DNA of 61,435 nt, the filler included, from Nemertoderma westbladi (Eukaryota > Animalia > Xenacoelomorpha): the NCBI GenBank assembly GCA_032718475.1. It is 3 parts of 3 records of this genome, joined end to end, with 100 filler letters (N's around TTAATTAATTAA, not from the genome) between each part and the next. Parts side by side here need not be neighbours in the genome. Positions count along the whole stretch, not along the records: positions 21,801 to 50,779 come from JAUCBJ010003167.1; 2 more parts are not named here. One strand, given 5' to 3'. Of the stretch, positions 35,901-49,798 are shown piece by piece. A program made the translations under genes and the position numbers. Every line of letters starts with the position of its first letter. Within the stretch, counting starts at the first letter, position 1. Below the pieces are notes generated by a model. The model did not search any database and had not been told where the DNA came from. It saw only the letters and a list, made by a program, of their open reading frames with translations.

Positions 35901-37017
35901 GTGAGTGACGTCATAATGTATGTGATAGGGATACGTATTAGACCAAGGCGCCTTGGTTTAGACCCGGGCTGATCGAGTTATTTAGGAACGTGTTTGTAAC
36001 CCCTTCGCGCCGCACATGACACATTGCTGATAAAAGTAGTAAATATCAATCATTGTTATATTTATCCCGATTGGTCGAAAGACTTTGAATCCCCACTCCA
36101 TCCAATGCGGGGGGGCGGGTACGGAACTTGTTACCAGCACAGAAACCCGAATGATACGAAACTAAAGTTTTATGTAACTCTGAAATATATATATATATTG
36201 CATATTTTTTTAGGGCAATCTACTTTATAATAATAATAATTGATTTTACATACCGTTAGAGAATTATTATAAATTTCTGAGCTAATCAGCGAATTATAAC
36301 ACCTATTACTCAAAGCAAACTATCTACATTAACAAAACTAATATATATTGATTAATGATTTATTACCTGCATATATATAATACCAATGAATAAGTGTATA
36401 TGTTTGGATCATAAATAATGTCAATTAATTTATGAATTGAGTATCACAAGCAATAATTAGCTGCAGGTTCCTTTATACTACTATATGTCTAGGGATATAC
36501 AATAATTATAAAAGTTTCAGTTAAATAATTATTAGTAAATATGATCCATATTTAACAATTTAGAATTTAAACAATGTCGCCAATCACCCAAACATGATAC
36601 CTAAAAGTTATTAAAATAAAGTGTCTGCGAAGATACTGCTTTAAATAAAACATAAAATAATTTCATTAACAGTCTTACTAAGATTTCAAATTAATTAACA
36701 TTAATGATTAATTGATTTTTTTGCAATTATTTGTTAAACTTAATTATTTATAAATTGTATTCCGAAATCAAATTTTCACTACATATAAATCGTTATAAAA
36801 TATAAAAATATACAAAAGAGTTTTATAGACGGATACACATATGTTTAAAATGCATATCAATAAACCCATCAAAGAAAGGGCGTTTGTATGTAAGGGAGGG
36901 GAGGGGGGGGGGGGGGGGAGATACATAACGAAATATACACATTGTATGAGAACAGTTAATGCACTTTAAGATATAGCAGAGCATTGCATATTAGAATAAT
37001 AATTGCTGGCTATTTTG

Positions 37018-37256
37018 TTATAGTAGATGTCTCCGCATGTGTAAGGCGAGGTGATCAGATCTCGAGAAGGGCCTCATGCAGACGGTGCATATGAAGGGTT
37101 TGGATCCGGTGTGTTTGCGGTAGTGGCGGGTGAGTTCGTCTGATCTCGCGAAACGCCAGTCGCACGAGTTCCACGAGCACAGATACGGGCGCTCGCCCGT
37201 GTGTAACCGTTGGTGGGCCTTCAAGTGGGAACTCTTTGTGTAAACTTTATCGCAAC
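37018..37256 (-). CDS. KLF5: KLF5-like transcription factor, exon 4 (C2H2 fingers, stop)
   Basis: tcag| [25 protein letters not shown]...[18 protein letters not shown]...[14 protein letters not shown]. Confidence 0.93.
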
Positions 37257-37372
37257 CTGAAAAATAACGATAAAATTTGTAACAAATTAACTCGCAATGT
37301 GAAAAGATTTAATGTAAACCGGGGAGTTGTGGAGGAGTCAGTCAGTACATTATTGCTGTACTTAAAGTAAAG

Positions 37373-37558
37373 GCTGCACGTTGATATGCTGCACGTTGAT
37401 ATGCTGCACGTTGATATGCTGCACGTTGATATGCTGCACGTTGATATGCTGCACGTTGATATGCTGCACATTGATATGCTGCACGATGATATGCTGCACG
37501 TTGATATGCTGCACGTTGATATGCTGCACGTTGATATGCTGCACGTTGATATGCTGCA
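37373..37558 (+). repeat. 15-bp minisatellite (GCTGCACGTTGATAT) x ~12 in KLF intron 3
   Basis: Read directly; it generates spurious repetitive ORFs. Confidence 0.95.
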
Positions 37559-37914
37559 GGGGCATAGCTTCCTGTATATCGTTCCATTTAAATATAATAA
37601 GTATTATTTATTGATAATGAAACATTCTTCATCTAACTTTTCTGCAAAGTGATTTTGGAGTTAATTTTTTAGCTAGAATTTTCAGTTAATGGCACAGAAT
37701 GACCGCGAACACATGTGTTCAGTGTGTTTAAAAACTTAATTTAATTTAATTTAAGACAATAAGGGGAATAGGCTAGTTTCAGAGTCGCTGTTTTCAAACC
37801 AAAACAATAAACAATACTTTAATTTAAATGCTACCAATTGAGCTGGCAATCACTTTTTTCACTTGCGGTGTGCCACTGTGCGCCATATCTGATAATTTAA
37901 TTCCATTAACTTAC

Positions 37915-38938
37915 CGTGGAAGTCGCAACTGTGTATCCGTTTCTTCTCCAGTTCCGGGTCGTATTTCTTTCTACTCTGCCGCGGTTTGTACGGCAGCATG
38001 TAGGCGGGAATATCGGGGGCCGATTGTTTACATTTCGGGGCGCGGGGTTTCTTTACGCGGGGTTTCGGGCTGTCCTTACCGAGTTGGGAGCAGATGTAAT
38101 GAGACGGTGGGGTGACTCCGGTCTGCGCTGCTGGGTTGGGGAGGAACAGCGGGGGTTGGAACCCGGTGGTCGGAGGATCGAACCCGCCGGAGGTCCAACT
38201 GGGCGCGGGGCAAGTCGCCGCCCGAGATTCGCCTCCCGTGTAGCCCGACACCCGGAAGGCGGGCAACTCCGTCTGTTGGTGGTGGTAACCCTGGTAACAC
38301 CCGGGTTCCACGACGTGGTTGCCTAGCAGCGAACGCACCTCGTCGTCCGGGCTACCCGGCTCCGAGTTGGGCGGGGTCGGATGGATGGATGGCGTCACCA
38401 ACTGTGACGTCACGAACTGAGTCGTCATGAGGTTGCGTTGGGTCGCGCGGTTGGAAGTAAGGAACTTTATTAGGGATCGCTGATTGGCTGACTGGCAGTC
38501 CGTGCGACTGGTGTCCACTGTAAGCGCCTTCTCGTATCCCTCTAGAAACTCATTCGGCTCGCGTTTAATCACTCGCTTCGGTTCTGCGCCGCCCAACATA
38601 ACTTTCTCCTTAATGGGAAGGAAGTAGTTCTGGAAGGCGGGGTTGATCTCTGTTTGTTGGGTTCCGGTTCGCCCTGAGTAGCTACAAGAGGAAGATTCCC
38701 GCTCCTGTTTAACCTGAAGAGGGCGGAGTAACGTGTTTAATGAGGGTAGAACGCAGGCGGGTGTCCGGGTGAACCCGGTCGCTGGGATGGGTGAGGGCGG
38801 GGTGTAACCCAACGTCTGGCCGACAGTCAGCAGCGGCGGTGCCTGAGGCTGCGTGTAGTTATTGGGCTCCAATGATTGGCTGAAATATTCGTCCACGGTT
38901 GAGGCGCTCTCTCGGCGACCTCCAGTAAGACTTTCGCC
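37915..38938 (-). CDS. KLF5: KLF5-like exon 3
   Basis: ttgcag|GES...HSCDFHG|gtaag. Contains PTPPNSEPGSPD and DPELEKKRIH, matching the KLF5-type PPSPPSSEPGSPD and NPDLEKRRIH motifs. Confidence 0.88.
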
Positions 38939-39034
38939 CTGCAATCAGAAAAATAATCATCAAATTACGTATTAAACGTTATTAAACTTTTTTAAATCTA
39001 CAACCGGAGCTTGTATTTATGTGAAGTTCAATAA

Positions 39035-39485
39035 TCAGGTCAAAGGTTCCGAAAAACAGGTCAAAGGTTCCACAAATCACGTAAAAGTTTCCCGAAAACA
39101 ACAGGTTAAAGGTTCCAAAAATAAGGTTAAAGGTTCCGAAAAACAGGTCAAAGGTTCTACAAATCACGTAAAAGGTTCCCGTAAACAACAGGTTAAAGGT
39201 TCCAAAAATCAGGTTAAAGGTTCCGAAAAACAGGTCAAAGGTTCCACAAATCACGTAAAAGGTTCCGAAAACAACAGGTTAAAGGTTCCCAAAAAAAATC
39301 AGGTTAAAGGTTACGGAAAACACGTCAAAGGTTCCACAAATCACGTCAAAGGTTCCACAAATCACGTAAAAGGTTCCCGAAAACAGGCTAAAGGTTCCGA
39401 AAAAACAGGTAAAAGGTTCTACAAACAAGCCGAAGGTTCCCCAAATACAGGTCGAAGGTTCCACAAATCTCGTAAGGTTCTCTAA
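39035..39485 (+). repeat. Imperfect ~21-bp AAAGGTTCC-cored tandem repeat in KLF intron 2
   Basis: Read directly. Confidence 0.9.
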
Positions 39486-39583
39486 AACAGGCTAATAAAG
39501 ATTCAACCAAAACTCATCAAAGGTTACAAAAAACGGGTCACCGCCTTTTGTTTCATTTTATAACAATACTTGATCTGGCTTAC

Positions 39584-39838
39584 CTGTAGTAGCTGTTCCA
39601 CCAATGAGAGACTCGGTCGTGTGCCAGTCGGTTGTTGTTGTTGACAAAATTGGTGTTGGTATGGCGTGGCCAATTGAGGAAAACTCCCGATGTGGTATTT
39701 CATCTTGCTGGGTAATTGGGATGATACATAATGCTGGTACATGGTTGGCATGGTAACTTGGGGTTCCAAAGCTTTGTAAGGTGTTGTATTAAAGTGGTGG
39801 TTGACACGGTTCGTATTGTCGAGATATGGGATTAAATC
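39584..39838 (-). CDS. KLF5: KLF5-like exon 2
   Basis: ttttacag|DLIPYLD...LSLVEQLLQ|gtaag. 255 nt, phase 0-0. Confidence 0.75.
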
Positions 39839-40717
39839 CTGTAAAACAATTTACAAATATTTTTTAATTAAATCTCTTTACAAAAAAGATTTATTTAGTA
39901 AAAATATATACTTAAAATAAGGGATACAGGAACTGCATGACGTAAACTATGTGTGGGCAGTGGGCGCATCACGTGACCAAATCAAACAGTATCACAATGA
40001 CTCCTTATGGGTCCCTTCCCTTTCCCTCAACTATGGAGGAGCCATTCGCTAACTCAAGTGCTTGCTCGAAAGATGGGAGAGTGGAAGGAATACCTTCTTA
40101 GATCATAGACTATAAACGTTTTTTTTTAGCGAAGAGTGTAAACATTAAAAGTTGTGTTTTTCGACAAATACTAATTAAACTTAAGTGATATAAATCCAAG
40201 GCGCCGGTGTGTACAAACCTCACGGATTCCGCTACAGCAAATATTAGTCAGCATTGTACTCGAGTAAAATGTGTGTGGAGCCCTACTTTCATTGGTCCGT
40301 TTCTTTTGACACAATAAACTGTGGTGAAATTTAACAATGACGTGGATGAATTAACCCTCCTCATCACTGTGCAAAGAAGGAAGTATATAACTTTGCCTGC
40401 TTGGACCTATTGGAGTCCGACTTTGTGGGGTGATATTGCGTGGGCTGATATTTATCTATTGAGTTGTCATCAAGCATGCGTAACGTTAACCAATTGGTCA
40501 ATGGCGGCCTCATTAGGAACCACAGAGGCTGAATTCTATCACTCGTTGGCAGTTAAAATATGAAAAGACAACAAGTCGACAACTTCTCGGCCTCAATGTC
40601 TCTACTCTCACTGTCTAGCATCTTAATATGAATTTAATAGGAATGCGTCATAGAATTGCATCATTGATTCAGAATGTTATCCTAGTGATGTAAGAGGCGC
40701 GGCCATGTAAAATATCT

Positions 40718-41395
40718 CAGGTTTTAGGGTTTGATATACTGATATACATGAGGTTTTAGGGTTTGATATACTGATATACATGAGGTTTTAGGGTTTGATA
40801 TACTGGATATACATGAGGTTTTATGGTTTGATATACTGATATACATGAGGTTTTAGAGTTTGATATACTGATATACATGATGTTTTAGGGTTTGATATAC
40901 TGATATACATGAGGTTTTAGGGTTTGATATACTGATATACATGAGGTTTTAGAGTTTGATATACTGATATACATGAGGTTTTAGGGTTTGATATACTGAT
41001 ATACATGAGGTTTTAGGGTTTGATATACTGATATACATGAGGTTTTAGGGTTTGATATACTGATATACATGAGGTTTTAGGGTTTGATATACTGATATAC
41101 ATGAGGTTTTAGGGTTTGATATACTGATATACATGAGGTTTTAGGGTTTGATATACTGATATACATGAGGTTTTAGGGTTTGATATACTGATATACATGA
41201 TGTTTTAGGGTTTGATATAATATACTGATATATCTGAGGTTTTAGGGTTTGATATACTGATATACATGAGGTTTTAGGGTTTGATATACTGATATACATG
41301 AGGTTTTAGGGTTTGATATACTGATATACATGAGGTTTTAGGGTTTGATATACTGATATACATGAGGTTTTAGGGTTTGATATACTGATATACAT
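40718..41395 (+). repeat. 32-bp tandem repeat (ATGAGGTTTTAGGGTTTGATATACTGATATAC) x ~21
   Basis: Read directly; lies in KLF intron 1. Confidence 0.97.
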
Positions 41396-44300
41396 TCGCA
41401 AATACAATTTCAATATGATATGAACGCATAAACTTTTCGAAAAACTATTAAGATTACCCCAGGAGATTTAAGGAAATCAATAGATTTGCCTGTGCCTATT
41501 ACTTTATAATATTTTATATTTTATTTTCCTAAAACGGTGGTTTTTGAAATTTTCCAAATCACTATGAAATTGTTGAAGTTGTTAGTGCTATCTGATAAGC
41601 AAAGCTAGTTTTACATACATTTTTCAAGTTAGTTTTCGTATATTTTTCAAACGATAGTCTTACTTATATGCCGCGAAGTGCCTAAGGATCGACGCCGTCA
41701 ATATGATGCGGCACAGCATATTCATCTTGCTCGGCTCAGCTCGGCTCGACAAGTGTTCCACCCGGTCGTTGTTCTACTGAATATCGCGTCCATTAACGGT
41801 ACTTGTAGTGTTCATTAAAAAAATGGGCCCACGTGAGTTTCATTTGAGTCGGTGCGCTCGCATTGTGGAATATAGGACACTCGTTCATGCACGTGCACTA
41901 ATAATTTAGCGACCCATTGTTAGAGATAGCCTGGGAACTACGGCTCCGTGTGGGTGGATGTGCGGAATTGTCTTTCCTTTGTTTGGGAACAGGTTATTGT
42001 TTAACTATGCGGTTCGCACCAGCTATCCCAACCGTTTTCGCATTCACGTCCCCACTCAGCGATGGCGCATTGAATGGAATGTAACGGTGTCGTTGGGAGT
42101 GGTGTCTCAGTGAACGCATCTAAGATGCCAGGCAGTGCATCAACCATTATCTATTGTGAAGCTGAATGGTGGATAGTGAGCATATCACCTGCTGGGGCCC
42201 TAAATTATTTTCATTTGGCGACTTTATGCCCTCTAAACCTCACGTGCGTTTATGTGGTTGTTGAACTATTTGGTTGTAGGCGCTAGTTGATTTATATGGA
42301 TGCAGCGATCAGGGCAGTTTAAAAACCCACAACCATTTTAATAAGTAAAGGTTCTCTTGCATTCACCATATGAACTAACTGTATGGCCCCTAATAACACA
42401 ACTACTGCGTTGTTGCTTTGTTATAAATAAGCCGGAGGTATTTACTTAGGGGCCATATTAGTCGTAAACCCTTCCATGCCATCACTTGTACGATATTGAT
42501 AATAATTCTAGATGGTTTTGCTCTAAGACCTTCGCTGCAATGACTTTTACAATGTTAGTACTATAGATTAATAGATTGAATAAGGGAAGGGTTACCGGAC
42601 AATTATCTAGGATTAAAAAAAGGGCACTTTTCATTCACTAACGTACGGAATATGAATTACTTTGTAACTACCATATGATACATGACCTGAAACCGTGACT
42701 AAGAAGAACTGACTGAACTCTGTGATATAGACTCCCTAGAGCTTGCTACACTTGCATCCGGAGCCTCCCAAGTTCATCACCATATCCACTGTCCCACCTT
42801 CTCCGAACAGCTAAAGCCCCTTAGCCTGCTTGCTTCACACTACTCTACTAACTCAGGCTTATAAAACTTTTTACTTTAATTATACTATATCGCCTTAAAG
42901 TATATATATTTATGTACATTAATTTTTTTGCTATAGAACATTTGTACCCCGTTTGGAGGTGAATCTTTCAATTTATTATTTATAACATATTGCATCTCAT
43001 CCGCGCATACAAAAATGTGTTTTCACTCCATTGGTTTTAACGTAGGCAAAATATAATAAATCACTTTATGTTACTATTGCCCGAATACTGACGATATTTT
43101 ATATTACAATTATATCACTTTATATTGCAACCTGGATAGAAATCAAAAGTTGTTAAATACTTCAATATTTTAATAAATAACGTACTGTTACTTAAAATTG
43201 GTTTGTAAAATTGAATTGCGACTTTATAGTGCAAACATGCGGTAAACGAGAAGGCCGTTATGTTCACCGGGTCCTCGTGTTGAATAATTGAATTGGACTG
43301 AGTGACAAAAGTTTTGTGACAATTAATTCTCAACGATGCCGAGCAAAGTCATGTGACACAGTAAAGAAGATTTAGTTCAATGAACTCCCTAAATAATGCC
43401 ACATAAACTCCTGATCCCAGCAATTGTGTGTGGAATGGGCGTTTAGCGGGGCCTTTGGGCCTCACTAATGCAGCTTCCGCCCAAACCCACGAACTATTGC
43501 ATCACTGCACGGTATTTTGTAACTTCTTACCCAATTATATAAGATTAACATCACTTGAAGTAAAGCATTACTTTGCGTGAAATAGACCCAGTATAAATAA
43601 CACTATGGCTTGAACCTACTCAATGACACCCATCGAAAATCTCATATAGGCAGCTCAAATCCTCCAAGAATTCAATTGTTCTCATCTCATGTGGCCATTA
43701 TAATTCCGCTAAAAGAAGGTTTACGATTGGTTTCGAGCTAAATAATCGCCTAATCCTCCCCCTTTAAATCCACTCTAATGAAACTATCCAGGTTTTATAT
43801 TCCTCTCAAGTAATTAACATGCGTGCATATGCCGGTGAGTAACTAGTTGCTGAGTTACACTATCAAACAATAGCGTTGTTTGAATCAACAATGACTTGTC
43901 CATGTGCTTACAGTTTCCAGAGGTCGGACATCAAGGGGCAATGGAATTTGCGAGATTTGGAAAAAAATATGACCCCAATTTCAAAGATAGTTTCATTGCC
44001 TGTAATTTTTTTAATTAATTTAACCAAGTTTGGTTTAATTTCAATAAAGATGGACGGTGTTATTAGCTTTAGGATTTGGACATAATACTAACGACAGTCG
44101 TGGCCCACCCCACACGGTCTTTCCCAAACGTTACATAATATGAGTATAGACTCTGATGTGATGATTATGACTAAGATATTATAATTGCTATGTTCCTATG
44201 TTGGGTGGTATCATGAGCTGAGCACGGCACGAGTTCAATTAGTCGATTTAACACACCACTTGTCACCGCTGACAATTTATTTTCAGTTGTTTTAATTCAA

Positions 44301-47300
44301 ACAAAATATTTAGACTGCGTTCCCAGAAAATGGTTCGTAGACAACACATTAAGCAAAACAGTTCGTTTCCACATAAATTGGCCCCCAAGCGTGACCAAAT
44401 GTTATTTAATGTTTGGTGATCCACCCAGTGGCCTAAGTAAATCATTGGGAACATCCGTAAGAACTCGTATTCGATTGCTAGCTAAAGCTAACAGTCTGCG
44501 TTACTGTGGTGTAGCTAACAGCCTATCACGTAGTGTTGTATCAACTTTATTTCACTTACACCACAGAGAGGCACGTTTTATTTCGATATCCAAGTGCGAA
44601 TACAAAGTCGCTAAAAAATCCCTCCAATCTAGCAACATATTCCAACACATTTGGCGTTAATGCAGGAAACACTTTTACATGTGTTTGTATTTCCCCTGGA
44701 ATAGATTCTGTAATGAACTTCGTTTAAAACGATGGCCCACGCTTAGCAGGTCGTATAAGAACTTAATTACAAATCATATTAAATATGATGAGCTGATAGC
44801 TTGTGTGTGGCAGAAGGTGTAGGTGGCATGGTGGTTTTGCTAGCTGATTGGCAGGCAAGGCAGGACACTATCTGTATCGAGGTTTTGAGTTGAAACAATT
44901 CTGCTTCTAATTTTTGCCACCAAAGAACACAAATTATTGCTTCGAGCAATTATATAATAATATTATAGTTGTTAACTAGTAGAAGTTGATAAACAAGCTT
45001 TGTGTGTCCAGGACCTGAGTTAATAAGTTCACATGGAAACTGGACAGCTAGAAAAACAAATCAAGGGGTTTACTTATCCAGACACAAACTTGGGAATCCT
45101 TAATCTCGTATGGCTCCATAGTAAATATTACGTCACTCTCAATCAGGACTATTACATTCGTGGGAATGGGAATCCATTGAGGTTTTTAATTCTTACACAA
45201 GGTGGTCCTTTCTTATTTCTATCTTTCTATTGACAACGAGAATGTGTTTATGATACTGAAATATATACAACACATTTGAATTATTATCCAATGGGGGGTT
45301 CACATACAAAATAAATGTAATATTTAAATATTAATTGAATGGAGTTATAAATAATCCTGATAATATTAATATTATATACCACATTAGCATAATGTAATAA
45401 TAATTATATACAATATACATACATACATGCGTGCAGCGCATATTAGTTTAAATAAACAGTGACCACTTATGTGTGTCGACTGAGATAAATCCAATATGAT
45501 TAGCGATAACATTTTGTTTTCTTAAATTTATTTGATTTATATCCTGTGTAGCTGTGTATAATCTAATCTATCTACACTATATACTGCAACAGCACAATTA
45601 GTAGTGGCAGTTAATTAGTATGTCATTTAATGCCGATATGTACTCTATAGTTGCACACTATATATCTTATTTGTGTTATCATGGCAAGGAACAAATACTA
45701 TAACCTGTAACATCTGAGTTGAGAAATACGATGGGTGCTTTTATCGGGAACCCCTATCATGTGACCTTTGCTCATCTTTCCCCCTTCAAGATTTTAAAGC
45801 AAATAAATATTAAATAAATAATACTGTTGTTATATTCCAAATGATAAGTATTTATCCGAGAAAATGTGTTCATATTCTTCGCCTGTGTTACAGATAACAA
45901 CTACGGCAGACGCAATAACTGGGAGAGATTATTAGAAATTAACCTCCTATTCTTTCGTAGACCAAATATACCATAATTAATAAACTTTTGTAAATCGTAA
46001 ATGGATGATGGGAAAATACGTGGCATCATAGCTAATGAGTTTGCGTTAGAGATTTAGATAAACCGAGTATAGTGAATCAGCACTTAGATACAATGTGAAT
46101 GAATGCACACCTAATGTAGTAGATAACATTGATCGGGTGATTGATGGGGTAGCCCGTTCGGTTTCCGTAGGGTTGATTTAGTTCAGGAGGGGGTTAACCC
46201 TACCCCGCCCCATATAATCGTAAGGGAGAAGGGGGGCCATAGTTGGAGAGGTTTGGTGAAGATGACAGCTCTGGTAGAGTAAAACCCTTGCATTTACAAC
46301 TCAATAACTCTGGTCTACTTTATATAAATATACAGACCATAGTTGATTTAATCATTGTTAAATAATATAAAACCGGGGGTTTTCTTTCCATGACACAAGT
46401 ATTGCACCTCCCACCCCCTTGCTCACTGTAAATCCTATCTAAATCCGAAATATCGGTAAAAGCTCCCGCTTTTACCATGGATTTATTTTATTGGATGGCG
46501 GGGTCTACTTAAATTTGTTGGTATAGCGGTAGGCGTAATAGGTCTACTAATAGGTGGTAGCGGCAGGCCTAAAGCTGTAGTTTGAATAAATTTGCAACAC
46601 AAGATAAGATAATGGAAAAAGAGCAATCCGGATTCTCAGTGTAATTAATGATAGCACGTGTACTCGGTGTACAGCATAGGCAGCAGGTGCAGGACTAGCT
46701 TATACGGAATATGGAAATTTTAGGAATAAAAGCCAATATATTTGAGGGTTAAAATTCGTAATATTTAAGAAAAAAATTGTAAATTTCCTTTGTTTTCCTG
46801 GGAGGATGGGGGGCAAATCCCATCTTGGCGAATTAATATCCCGCCTCAATGTTATATTCTCAATTTAGGGAAAGGAGCACGTTACAGTGGCACGTTATTT
46901 TAACCAAAACAATAAACTAAACACAATAGAACAGGTTACAGTTTTATTTAGGTTACAGTTTTATTTTTGAGAGTAATCAGCTGTTATTTGCGTCGAATTT
47001 CCCCTGGAGAGGGATTAATTTTTATTGCGTCGAAATGTCGAAATTAAAATCACTGTGCACCAATAGAGAACGGCATTTCTATTAGCCTGCCTACAGTAGT
47101 TCATATGTGGGACAATTAGTAAAGGACAAGGAGCTGATAGCCCCCACGACAATTAGCTCATCTGGGATCCCATATAGGCTTTTAAGTACTGTATAATTTC
47201 AAATAGTAACGGGACGGTAGTTTTATAGGACTATGGGTGGAGTACAAATTGATGAAGCCTATAGGCCTAACTAAATTTGATACTACGTAGTACATAAGTG

Positions 47301-47778
47301 GTAACGGTTTGGCTAGGCTTATAGGCCCCAAGTTAAAATTAATAATCATTAGCTTGGGATGTACAACAGTGTAGGTGGAGGTTTAACGTTATTGTTCTCA
47401 TGTGCACCTCGGTCTCTCTCCTCTTCAGTTGAGTCAGGTTGTACATATTAAACGTATCGCAGGAGTAGGGCCTATTATATACGGTCTACGGATTAATTGT
47501 TTATTAGGAGTCTCTACTTCTTGTATTTGTATAAAGTGGATCCCTTGTGCTGTAATCTAATAGTTCTCAAATTATTAGTTCTTTTTTTTAATATACAAAA
47601 AGGATATAGCATAGCAAAGCATGATAAAGTAAATAGTTGAATAATCTTTGCCGGACAAAATCACAAAAAATGCCTAAAAATAAAAAAATAAATAATAAAA
47701 AAAATGCCTAACCCTGAATAAATACAGTTGAACAATAAATAAATAAATATTAAATACACTGTTAAGTCACCAACTCAC

Positions 47779-47955
47779 CTCTTCTAAGTCTTCAAACACA
47801 GAATTACTGCCTTCAGAAAAGGAGGGACTTTGGTCTGCTGCTGAGAGTAGATCACTAGGCAACGGTTGATCGTCCAGAAACACGAGGTCATCGTGGTCAA
47901 GCATCGTTATCGAATCGTGGACGTTGAAACCCGAAGTGTGCTGTGTCATAATCAT
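47779..47955 (-). CDS. KLF5: KLF5-like exon 1 (start; acidic region)
   Basis: MIMTQHTSG...SVFEDLEE|gtgag, phase 0. The joined CDS is 1695 nt (564 aa) with no internal stop. Confidence 0.65.
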
Positions 47956-48099
47956 ATCGCTGTATCGCAACAACAAATCACTTATTGTTAAATAGAGTTA
48001 GATTGAATCAAAGTAAACAAAATGCTAACGGAAAAATGCCAAAGAATACTATAATAAGACAAAAGCGACGATTGGAAATGTTTAACTTCCCTAGCTTGC

Positions 48100-48270
48100 T
48101 ATCAATTTAAACACTACAGGTAGACTGTAAACCTGTTGTCAGCTGTATAGGTTTACTCTCCTGTGATTGGCTTTTACTTTTTGAAGCCCATCCTACGGCC
48201 ATCTGAGTGGCTGTAACTCATATAACCAGAGATAGTGCTGTTGCGTACGCTCCTGTAATTGGCTGACTGA
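48100..48270 (-). promoter_or_regulatory. Candidate KLF promoter with two CCAAT boxes
   Basis: ATTGG on the + strand at ~48166 and ~48258, 200-300 bp upstream of the ATG. Position-based inference only. Confidence 0.3.
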
Positions 48271-48334
48271 GGAATGGCTTTAACTTTTTCCCTTCGGCCT
48301 TGTTAGCCTAAACTATTCCTTTACTAGGCTATAC

Positions 48335-49588
48335 TACTTTGTGTAGTGCATTGAATGTGAATGAGATGGCTTAGGGAAGCAGGTGCGCAAGCGGTGGTGT
48401 ACCGTACTGCTTTGTGTATAGTGCATTGGATGTGAATGAGATGGCTTAGGGAAGCAGGTGCGCAAGCAGTGGTGTACCGTACTGCTTTGTGTAGTGCATT
48501 GAATGTGAATGAGATGGCTTAGGGAAGCAGTTACGCAAGCGGTGGTGTATCGTACTGCTTTGTGTAGTGCATTGAATGTGAATGAGATGGCTATCGGGAA
48601 GCAGGTGCGCAAGCGGTGGTGTACCGTACTACTTTGTGTAGTGCATTGAATGTGAATGAGATGGCTTAGGGAAGCAGGTGCGCAAGCAGTGGTGTACCGT
48701 ACTGCTTTGTGTAGTGCATTGAATGTGAATGAGATTGCTTAGGGAAGCAGGTGCGCAAGCGGTGGTGTACCGTACTGCTTTGTGTAGTGCATTGAATGTG
48801 AATGAGATGGCTTAGGGAAGCAGGTGCGCAAGCGGTGGTGTACCGTACTGCTTTGTGTAGTGCATTGAATGTGAATGAGATGGCTTAGGGAAGCAGGTGC
48901 GCAAGCGGTGGTGTACCGTACTACTTTGTGTAGTGCATTGAATGTGAATGAGATGGCTTAGGGAAGCAGGTGCGCAAGCGGTGGTGTACCGTACTGCTTT
49001 GTGTAGTGCATTGAATGTGAATGAGATGGCTTAGGGAAGCAGGTGCGCAAGCGGTGGTGTACCGTACTACTTTGTGTAGTGCATTGAATGTGAATGAGAT
49101 GGCTTAGGGAAGCAGGTGCGCAAGCGGTGGTGTACCGTACTGCTTTGTGTAGTGCATTGAATGTGAATGAGATGGCTTAGGGAAGCAGGTGCGCAAGCGG
49201 TGGTGTACCGTACTACTTTGTGTAGTGCATTGAATGTGAATGAGATGGCTTAGGGAAGCAGGTGCGCAAGCGGTGGTGTACCGTACTGCTTTGTGTAGTG
49301 CATTGAATGTGAATGAGATGGCTTAGGGAAGCAGGTGCGCAAGCAGTGGTGTACCGTACTGCTTTGTGTAGTGCATTGAATGTGAATGAGATGGCTTAGG
49401 GAAGCAGGTGCGCAAGCGGTGGTGTACCGTACTACTTTGTGTAGTGCATTAAATGTGAATGAGATGGCTTAGGGAAGCAGTTACGCAAGCGGTGGTGTAC
49501 CGTACTGCTTTGTGTAGTGCATTGAATGTGAATGAGATGGCTATCGGGAAGCAGGTGCGCAAGCGATGGTGTACCGTACTGCTTTGTA
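48335..49588 (+). repeat. 73-bp tandem repeat x ~17
   Basis: TGTGTAGTGCATTGAATGTGAATGAGATGGCTTAGGGAAGCAGGTGCGCAAGCGGTGGTGTACCGTACTGCTT; period from 48781 to 48854. Confidence 0.97.
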
Positions 49589-49740
49589 CTCTACTATATA
49601 CTGTGGGCTGGCATGGCATCAAAGCATCATCGTTTCAAAATTATCAGTATTATATATATTATATAGTACTTTATTTAAGGAATTTATTTTTCCACGGTAT
49701 AGCGGTCCGTTCCGACCAGCTGTATTTTTCCACGGTATAG

Positions 49741-49798
49741 CGGTCCGGTCCGGTCCGGTCCGGTCCGGTCCGGTCCGGTCCGGTCCGGTCCGGTCCGG
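49741..49798 (+). repeat. (CGGTC)n pentanucleotide microsatellite
   Basis: Read directly; preceded by a duplicated TTTTTCCACGGTATAGCGGTCCG. Confidence 0.95.

Noticed and set aside
37247-37652. Repetitive ORFs (CSIST, AAYQR, QHINV, ICCTL, MLHVD)
   Set aside because: Translations of a stop-free 15-bp intronic minisatellite.
37828-38326. Overlapping ORFs antisense or out of frame to KLF exon 3 (likewise within the channel, LINE and APPBP2 regions)
   Set aside because: Shadow ORFs of GC-richer coding sequence, with no recognisable motifs.
38982-39485. VKGS-repeat ORFs
   Set aside because: Translations of an intronic tandem repeat bounded by KLF splice sites.
40718-41395. Interstitial telomere (TTTTAGGG)
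   Set aside because: The motif occurs once per 32-bp unit, not as a contiguous telomeric run.
42660-43800. C-rich, LINE-like patches in KLF intron 1
   Set aside because: Too decayed to assign by eye.
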